Origin: Halorhodospira halophila SL1
Lineage (GTDB): Bacteria; Pseudomonadota; Gammaproteobacteria; Nitrococcales; Halorhodospiraceae
Reading direction: 5' to 3'
Length of the DNA: 32,000 nucleotides
NCBI RefSeq assembly: GCF_000015585.1
Contig: NC_008789.1
Location: forward strand, 1,890,001-1,922,000
Shown here one piece after another: positions 25,824-32,000 of the stretch (its first letter is position 1; each line of letters begins with the position of its first letter). Under the pieces are notes generated by a model, which saw nothing but the letters and a program-made list of their open reading frames with translations, ran no database searches and was not told where the DNA came from. The position numbers and the translations under genes are program-made.

Positions 25824-27932
25824 TTACTCCTCTTCGACGGCCTTCATCGACAGCCGGATCCGGCCCTGACGATCGACCTCGAGCACCTTGACCCGGACCG
25901 AGTCGCCCTCCGAAAGCTCGTCGGCGACGTTCTCGACCCGGTTGTTGGAGATCTGCGAGATATGCACCAAGCCATCCCGACCGGGCAGGATGTTGACGAA
26001 GGCGCCGAAGTCCATGAGCTTCGCAACCTTGCCATCGTAGACCTTGCCCACCTCGACATCGGCGGTCAGCAGCTCGATGCGCTTCTTCGCCTCTTCGGCG
26101 GCCGCCTTGTCCGCCGAGGCGATGGTCACCACGCCCTCGTCGCTGATGTCGATGTTGGTACCGGTCTCCTCGGTCAGCCCACGGATGGTCGCACCGCCCT
26201 TGCCGATCACGTCCCGGATACGCTCCGGGTCAATCCTCATGGTCAGCAGCCGCGGGGCGTACTCGGACATCTGCTCGCGCGGCTTGTCGATCACCTGATT
26301 CATCTGCTCGAGGATATGCAGCCGGCCGGAGCGCGCCTGATCCAGGGCCTGTTCCATGATCTCCCGGGTGATCCCGTCGATCTTGATGTCCATCTGCAGC
26401 GCAGTGACACCATCCTTGCTACCGGCAACCTTGAAGTCCATGTCACCGAGGTGGTCCTCGTCGCCAAGGATGTCGGTGAGCACGGCGAACTCGTCGCCTT
26501 CCTTGATCAGGCCCATGGCGATACCAGCCACCTGAGCCTTCAGCGGCACGCCGGCATCCATCAGCGACAGACTGGTGCCACAGACGGTGGCCATCGAAGA
26601 CGACCCGTTGGACTCCGTGACCTCCGAGACCACGCGAATCACGTAGGGGAACTCCTCGTCGGAGGGCATCACCGCTTCAACACCGCGCTTGGCCAGCTTG
26701 CCGTGGCCGATTTCGCGCCGCTTCGGCGTGCCGATGAAGCCAGTCTCGCCCACGCAGTACGGCGGGAAGTTGTAGTGCAGCATAAACGGCTCGCGCCGCT
26801 CGCCCTCCAGCGCATCGATGACCTGAGCATCCCGGCCTGTACCGAGCGTGCTGACCACGATCGCCTGGGTCTCGCCGCGGGTGAAGATCGCCGAGCCGTG
26901 GGTCCGCGGCAGGACACCGGCCTGCACGTTGAGCGGGCGCACCGTCTGGTTGTCGCGGCCATCGATGCGGGGATGACCGGCCAGAATCCGGCCCCGGACG
27001 ATCTTCTTCTCGAGCGTCTTGAACGCCTCTCCGACATCGCCGGCGCCCCAGCCTTCACGCTCCTCGTCGGCCAGCGCCTCCACCGCCTTGTCGCGCAGGG
27101 CGCCAACCCGCTCACTGCGCTCCTGCTTGTCGGCGATCTGGTAAGCGGCCTCGAGGTCCGAACGCACCAGCTCTGCCACCGCCGAGTCCAGCGACTCGTT
27201 CTTCGCCGGCGGCTGCCAGTCCCAACGCGGCTTGCCCGCCTCAGCGGCCAGATCGTTGATGGTATCGATGGCCACCTGCATCTGCTCGTGCCCGTAGAGC
27301 ACGGCGTCGAGCATCGTGCTCTCCGGCAGCAGATTGGCCTCGGACTCGACCATCAGGACCGCATCCTGGGTGCCGGCCACGACCAGATCCAGATCCGACT
27401 CCGCCGTCTGACTGAAGGTCGGGTTGAGTACGAACTCGCCGTCGAGGTGACCAACCCGGCAGGCACCGATGGGCCCCTCGAACGGAATGCCGGACAACGC
27501 CAGCGCCGCCGAGGTCCCGATCATCGCCGGAATGTCGGCATCCACCTCATCGTTGAGCGAGAGCACCGTGGCGATCACCTGGACCTCCTGGCGGAACCCC
27601 TCGGGGAACAGGGGCCGGATCGGCCGGTCGATCAGGCGGCAGGTCAGGGTCTCCTTCTCGGAGGGCCGGCCCTCCCGCTTGAAGAAGCCACCGGGGATAC
27701 GCCCCGCAGCGTAGGTGCGCTCCTGATAATTGACCGTCAGCGGCAGGAAATCGCGTGCCGCCGCCGGGTCCTTCCTGCCGACCACGGTGACCAGAACCAC
27801 CGTGTCCGCCATATCGACCAGGACGGCGCCATCGGCCTGACGGGCCACGCCCCCGGTCTCCAGGGTCACCTGGTGCTGACCGAACTGAAAACTCCGCTTG
27901 ACCGGGGTCAGGGATAGCTGGCTCTCGCTCAT
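25824..27932 (-). CDS. pnp: polyribonucleotide nucleotidyltransferase (PNPase)
   Basis: Full-length PNPase layout: [13 protein letters not shown], two RNase PH domains, KH ([15 protein letters not shown]) and S1 ([18 protein letters not shown]). ATG 27932 is preceded by AAGGGG. Confidence 0.97.
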   Translation of the reverse strand: MSESQLSLTPVKRSFQFGQHQVTLETGGVARQADGAVLVDMADTVVLVTVVGRKDPAAARDFLPLTVNYQERTYAAGRIPGGFFKREGRPSEKETLTCRLIDRPIRPLFPEGFRQEVQVIATVLSLNDEVDADIPAMIGTSAALALSGIPFEGPIGACRVGHLDGEFVLNPTFSQTAESDLDLVVAGTQDAVLMVESEANLLPESTMLDAVLYGHEQMQVAIDTINDLAAEAGKPRWDWQPPAKNESLDSAVAELVRSDLEAAYQIADKQERSERVGALRDKAVEALADEEREGWGAGDVGEAFKTLEKKIVRGRILAGHPRIDGRDNQTVRPLNVQAGVLPRTHGSAIFTRGETQAIVVSTLGTGRDAQVIDALEGERREPFMLHYNFPPYCVGETGFIGTPKRREIGHGKLAKRGVEAVMPSDEEFPYVIRVVSEVTESNGSSSMATVCGTSLSLMDAGVPLKAQVAGIAMGLIKEGDEFAVLTDILGDEDHLGDMDFKVAGSKDGVTALQMDIKIDGITREIMEQALDQARSGRLHILEQMNQVIDKPREQMSEYAPRLLTMRIDPERIRDVIGKGGATIRGLTEETGTNIDISDEGVVTIASADKAAAEEAKKRIELLTADVEVGKVYDGKVAKLMDFGAFVNILPGRDGLVHISQISNNRVENVADELSEGDSVRVKVLEVDRQGRIRLSMKAVEEE

Positions 27933-27951
27933 CGTTGTTTACCCCTTGCGC

Positions 27952-28221
27952 TTACTTGCGAATGCCGAGACGCTCGATGACGTCCTGATAACGGCCCCGA
28001 TCCTTGCGCTTGAGGTAATCGAGCAGCTTGCGGCGCTGACTGACCAGCTTCAGCAGACCCTGCCGGGAGTGGTGATCCTGCTTGTGCACCGAGAAGTGCT
28101 CGGTGAGGTGCTGGATTCGAGCCGAGAGCAGCGCGATCTGCACTTCGGGCGATCCGGTATCTGAGGGGGAACGCCGGAATTGCTCGACGATCTCCGATTT
28201 TTGCTCAGCATTCAGCGACAT
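27952..28221 (-). CDS. rpsO: 30S ribosomal protein S15
   Basis: 89 aa. MSL..EQKSEIV..F.R...[49 protein letters not shown] is the S15 signature. Confidence 0.97.
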   Translation of the reverse strand: MSLNAEQKSEIVEQFRRSPSDTGSPEVQIALLSARIQHLTEHFSVHKQDHHSRQGLLKLVSQRRKLLDYLKRKDRGRYQDVIERLGIRK

Positions 28222-28347
28222 GTACGACTCCTGACCTGTACGTTCGATTTCGGCCTGTCAATAAAGGCAGCTAGTGTAGCCCTCGCGGGGGCAAGGGAAC
28301 AAGAATTTGCCACCCGGCGGCGGGGGCTTGCGCAGCACCGCCCCCGT

Positions 28348-29262
28348 TCAGCGGCGCGCCACCAGGCGCTTGGGCCCGATGCGCCCGTCATCCAGGGCCT
28401 GCCCCATGCCCAGGAAGTTGCCGCCGCGATCGTAGAGCCGCAGCCAACCCTCGCTGGGCGCCTTGGGCACAAAGACCGGCTGCCCCTGGACGACAAAGTA
28501 GGCGAGATCGTCGGCAAGCTCGACGCCGGTGTACTGCTGGAGGGCCGAGTCCATCGGCAGCAGTGTGGCATCCAGCGCCTCGCGCCCCTGCTCCGCCCGC
28601 GCGGCGAGCATCTCTTCGGTCCACATCGCCGGATCCTGGTACGGCCCCAGCCCGAGCCTGCGCAGCGCGCACACGTGTCCCACGGTCCCCAGCGCCTGGG
28701 CGATGTCCTCGGCCAGTGTACGGATGTAGGTGCCTTTGGAGCAGTGCACCGACAGCTCCAGCTCATCCCCACGAACCGCCACCAGCTGCAGGTCGTAGAT
28801 CTCAACCCGGCGGGGTTCGCGCTCGACCTCCACCCCCTGGCGCGCCAGGTCGTAGAGTCGCTGGCCCTGGTGCTTGATGGCCGAGTACATGGGCGGCAGC
28901 TGGTCGATGGGGCCGCGAAACCCGGTCAGACCTCGTTCGACCGCCTCCTCGTCCAGCGCGGGGACCTCGGCACGATCGCGTTCCGTGCCCTCCGCGTCGC
29001 CGGTGTCTGTGGCCACCCCGAGCTTGCAGGTCACCACGTACCGTTTGTCCGCATCGAGCAGGAACCCGGATACCTTGGTTGCATCGCCGAAGCAGATCGG
29101 CAGCAGGCCGGTAGCCAGCGGATCGAGACTGCCCGTGTGCCCAGCCTTGCGCGCCCCGAAGAGCCGCTTAACCTGTTGCAGGGCCTTATTGGAGGTCACG
29201 CCAGCCGGCTTGTCGAACAACAGCACGCCGGTGACGTTGCGCCCACCCCGCCTCTTCGCCAT
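28348..29262 (-). CDS. truB: tRNA pseudouridine(55) synthase
   Basis: [14 protein letters not shown] and the catalytic-Asp block [21 protein letters not shown], then a PUA-like C-terminus. Conserved position between rbfA and rpsO. Confidence 0.95.
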
Positions 29263-29269
29263 TCGCCTT

Positions 29270-29650
29270 CTACTCCTTGCTCGGTTCGTCGTCTGCCGGC
29301 GGCGGCGCCACCTCGTCGATCAGGGCACTCAGCCGCGCACCGCGATCGAAGGCGGTGTCGTGCAGGAAGCGCAGACTGGGCGTGCGCTTGGCGCGGATGC
29401 GCCGCGCCACCTGGCTGCGCAGGAAGCCGTGGGCCTTGTTCAGGATATCGATCCCGGCCTGCGCCTCGGCCGCCTCGGCGCCGAGTACGGTGACGTACAC
29501 GGTGGCGTGCGCCAGGTCGCGACTGACCTGCACCTCCGAGATGGTCACCGACCCGACGCGCGGGTCGTCGACATCGTCTCGGATGACCTCGGCCAGCTCA
29601 CGACGGAGCTGCTCGGCGATGCGCCGGCTGCGCGGATAGTCCTTGGCCAT
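29270..29650 (-). CDS. rbfA: ribosome-binding factor A
   Basis: [41 protein letters not shown] is the RbfA signature. Start placed at ATG 29650 (residue M22 of the track ORF), 7 nt after the infB stop. Confidence 0.92.
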
Positions 29651-29657
29651 ATGCGCG

Positions 29658-32000
29658 TTACAGGCTCCGCTGCACCTCGACCCGCTCGTAGCACTCGATC
29701 TGGTCGCCGGCACGAACGTCGTTGTAGTTCTTCACGCCGATACCGCACTCGGTGCCGGCGCGCACTTCGTTGACGTCGTCCTTGAAGCGCCGCAGGGACT
29801 CCAGCTCGCCCTCGTAGATCACCACGCTGTCACGCAGAACCCGGATCGGGTTGCGGCGGCGAACCACGCCATCGACGACCAGGCAGCCCGCCACCTGGCC
29901 GAGCTTCGACGAGCGGAAGACCTCGCGGACCTCCGCGGTGCCCAGGATGTGCTCCTCAAGGGTCGGCTCAAGCATACCGGAGATGGCGTTCTTGACCTGC
30001 TCAATGGCGTCGTAGATGACACTGTAGTAGTGCAGGTCGACCCCATGCTCCTGGACCATGCGCTTGGCCGCGGCGTCGGCTCGGACGTTGAACCCGATCA
30101 TGATCGCCTCAGAGGCCAGCGCCAGGTTGACGTCGGACTCGGTGATGGCGCCAACACCGGAGGAGACCACGCGCACCCGCACCTCCTCGTGAGAGAGGTC
30201 TTCCAGCGACTGTCGCAGCGCCTCTGCGGAGCCGTGGACATCGGCCTTGACCAGCAGGTTGATGGTGGAGACCTCATCCTCCTTCATCTGCGAGAAGAGG
30301 TTCTCCATCCGGGCGGCCTGCTGCTGCGCCAGACGCTTCTCGCGCTGACGCTCGGAGCGGCTCTCGGCCACTTCGCGCGCCTTGCGCTCGTCCTCGACGA
30401 CCATGATGTCGTCACCGGCATCCGGCAGGCCGGAGAGGCCCAAAACCTCCACCGGGGTCGACGGACCGGCTTCGTTAACGCGCTTGCCGTGCTCATCGAC
30501 CAAGGCGCGTACGCGACCGAACTCGGTGCCGGAGATGACCGTGTCGCCGCGATGCAGGTAACCGTTCTGCACCAGCACCGTGGCCACCGGGCCACGGCCC
30601 TTGTCCAGGCTCGACTCCAGCACGACCCCGCGCGCCGGGCAATCCTTGACGGCCTTCAGCTCCTGGAGCTCGGCCTGCAGGACAATGGCCTCGATCAGCT
30701 CGTCCATGCCTTCACCGGTCATGGCCGAGACGTGGACGAACTGGACGTCGCCACCCCACTCCTCCGGGATGACCTCCATCTGCGAGAGTTCCTGCTTGAC
30801 GCGGTTGGGGTCCGCGTCCTCCTTGTCCATCTTGTTCACCGCCACGACGATCGGGACCTCGGCGGCGCGGGCGTGCTCGACCGCCTCCTTGGTCTGCGGC
30901 ATGACACCGTCGTCGGCGGCCACCACCAGCACGACGATGTCGGTCATCTGCGCGCCCCGGGCCCGCATGGCCGTGAAGGCCTGGTGACCGGGCGTATCGA
31001 GGAAGGTCGCGCTGCCGTTCTCCCCCTCGACGCGATAAGCGCCGATGTGCTGCGTGATGCCGCCGGCCTCGCCCGAAGCCACCTTGGCGCGGCGGATGTA
31101 GTCGAGCAGCGAAGTCTTGCCGTGGTCGACGTGGCCCATGACGGTCACCACCGGCGCACGGCCGATCTGCTCGCCCTCGGGCTGTTCGCCCTGACGCAGC
31201 AGCTCCTCCTCGACATCATCATCGCGCTGGAGCTTGGGCTTGTGACCCATCTCCTCGACGAGGATCGCGGCGGTCTCCTGGTCGATGGCCTGGTTGATCG
31301 TGGCCATCACGCCCTGTTTCATCATCTCCTTGATCAGGGCGGCAGCCTTGACGCTCATGCGGTCGGCGAGTTCCGCCACAGTGATCGTCTCGGGGATCTC
31401 GACCTCACGGACCACCGGCGCCGTCGGCCGCTCAAACTCCTGCTGCAGCTGCTTGGCCGCGGTACCGCCCCCGCGCTTCTTGCCACCACGCCGGGCGCCC
31501 GCGCCTCGGCCACCAGCAGGCTGCTCTGCCTTCTTCTTCTTCGGCTTGGCCTCCTGCTTGCGCTGGGCACGCTCCTCGGCTTCGCGCTCACGCTTGGCTT
31601 CGAGCTCGGCACGCTTGCGTTCGCGCTCCTCTTCACGCTTCTTGGCTTCGTCCTGCTGGCTCTTGGGCTTCTCCTTGAGCGCCTCGGCCTGGGCGCGAGC
31701 GGTCTCATCGGCAGCCGTCTCCTCCGGCTCCGCGGCCTGCACTTCGACGCCGGACTCCTCGACGGCCTCCGCGTCCGCGGCGCTCGGCTCGGCCTCCTCG
31801 GCCGGCGCAGCCTCTTCGCTCGGCGCCTGCTCGGCCTCGTCCCCGCCGGTTACGGCCGTATCGCCGGCGCGCTGGGCCTCGGCGGCATCCTCTTCCCGCT
31901 TGGCCTCTTCCTGCTCCAGGGCGCGCTCGAGCTGTGCGGCGGCCTCTTCGGCCTCTTCCTGCTTGCGCTTTTCCTCGGCCTCGATGTCGCTGCGCTTGAC
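29658..32000 (-). CDS. infB: translation initiation factor IF-2 (5' end outside the window)
   Basis: G domain ([26 protein letters not shown]) and IF-2 C-terminal domains. The track 'M' at 31742 is an internal GTG. The same frame stays open to position 32000 and encodes the Glu/Lys/Ala-rich IF-2 N-terminal region. Confidence 0.95.
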   Translation of the reverse strand, partial: VKRSDIEAEEKRKQEEAEEAAAQLERALEQEEAKREEDAAEAQRAGDTAVTGGDEAEQAPSEEAAPAEEAEPSAADAEAVEESGVEVQAAEPEETAADETARAQAEALKEKPKSQQDEAKKREEERERKRAELEAKREREAEERAQRKQEAKPKKKKAEQPAGGRGAGARRGGKKRGGGTAAKQLQQEFERPTAPVVREVEIPETITVAELADRMSVKAAALIKEMMKQGVMATINQAIDQETAAILVEEMGHKPKLQRDDDVEEELLRQGEQPEGEQIGRAPVVTVMGHVDHGKTSLLDYIRRAKVASGEAGGITQHIGAYRVEGENGSATFLDTPGHQAFTAMRARGAQMTDIVVLVVAADDGVMPQTKEAVEHARAAEVPIVVAVNKMDKEDADPNRVKQELSQMEVIPEEWGGDVQFVHVSAMTGEGMDELIEAIVLQAELQELKAVKDCPARGVVLESSLDKGRGPVATVLVQNGYLHRGDTVISGTEFGRVRALVDEHGKRVNEAGPSTPVEVLGLSGLPDAGDDIMVVEDERKAREVAESRSERQREKRLAQQQAARMENLFSQMKEDEVSTINLLVKADVHGSAEALRQSLEDLSHEEVRVRVVSSGVGAITESDVNLALASEAIMIGFNVRADAAAKRMVQEHGVDLHYYSVIYDAIEQVKNAISGMLEPTLEEHILGTAEVREVFRSSKLGQVAGCLVVDGVVRRRNPIRVLRDSVVIYEGELESLRRFKDDVNEVRAGTECGIGVKNYNDVRAGDQIECYERVEVQRSL

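Noticed and set aside
25809-27917. A 702 aa plus-strand ORF exactly as long as pnp and antisense to it
   Set aside because: The minus-strand product is unmistakably PNPase over its full length. The plus-strand translation is Arg/Leu/Gly/His/Asp-rich with no recognisable motifs. Stop-free antisense frames are expected in DNA this GC-rich.
1-32000. Scan for CRISPR arrays, IS elements, tRNA/rRNA genes and long direct repeats
   Set aside because: I found no spaced direct repeats, no transposase- or integrase-like ORFs, no cloverleaf-sized conserved gaps and no rRNA-like stretches. Intergenic space is too small nearly everywhere. This was a by-eye scan, so short or diverged repeats could have been missed.

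Overview
This is a very GC-rich, densely coded bacterial chromosomal segment with about 28 protein genes. I saw no rRNA, tRNA, CRISPR array, transposase or integrase. Gene content looks gammaproteobacterial, and the ectoine genes suggest a halophile; the taxon is inference only.

Gene order, left to right:
- A partial unknown gene, an NTF2/SnoaL-like protein, plant-type glutamate-cysteine ligase (gshA) and a fused APH-like/P-loop kinase, all on the minus strand.
- hisI.
- A zinc-uptake locus: zur-znuC-znuB divergent from znuA, with an AT-rich Zur-box candidate between them.
- tsaB.
- ectABC, the ectoine biosynthesis genes.
- A 9.4 kb run of five tightly spaced minus-strand genes: RND adaptor, RND pump, secreted ExeM/NucH-type nuclease, then two paralogous, translationally coupled, membrane-anchored GTPases of unknown function.
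- relA.
- lexA-imuA-imuB, an SOS mutagenesis cassette with no dnaE2 next to it.
- pncA.
- The conserved infB-rbfA-truB-rpsO-pnp block, with infB running off the right edge.

The least explained parts are:
- the paired dynamin-like GTPases and their linkage to the nuclease and RND genes;
- a cluster of five stem-loops at 545-721;
- a non-canonical tandem operator and an apparently leaderless start at lexA;
- the truncated imuAB cassette.

Many long ORFs in the track are antisense or shadow frames typical of high-GC DNA and were rejected. Several starts were moved to GTG, TTG or internal ATG codons that have Shine-Dalgarno support. All family assignments rest on motif recognition by eye. No searches were run.
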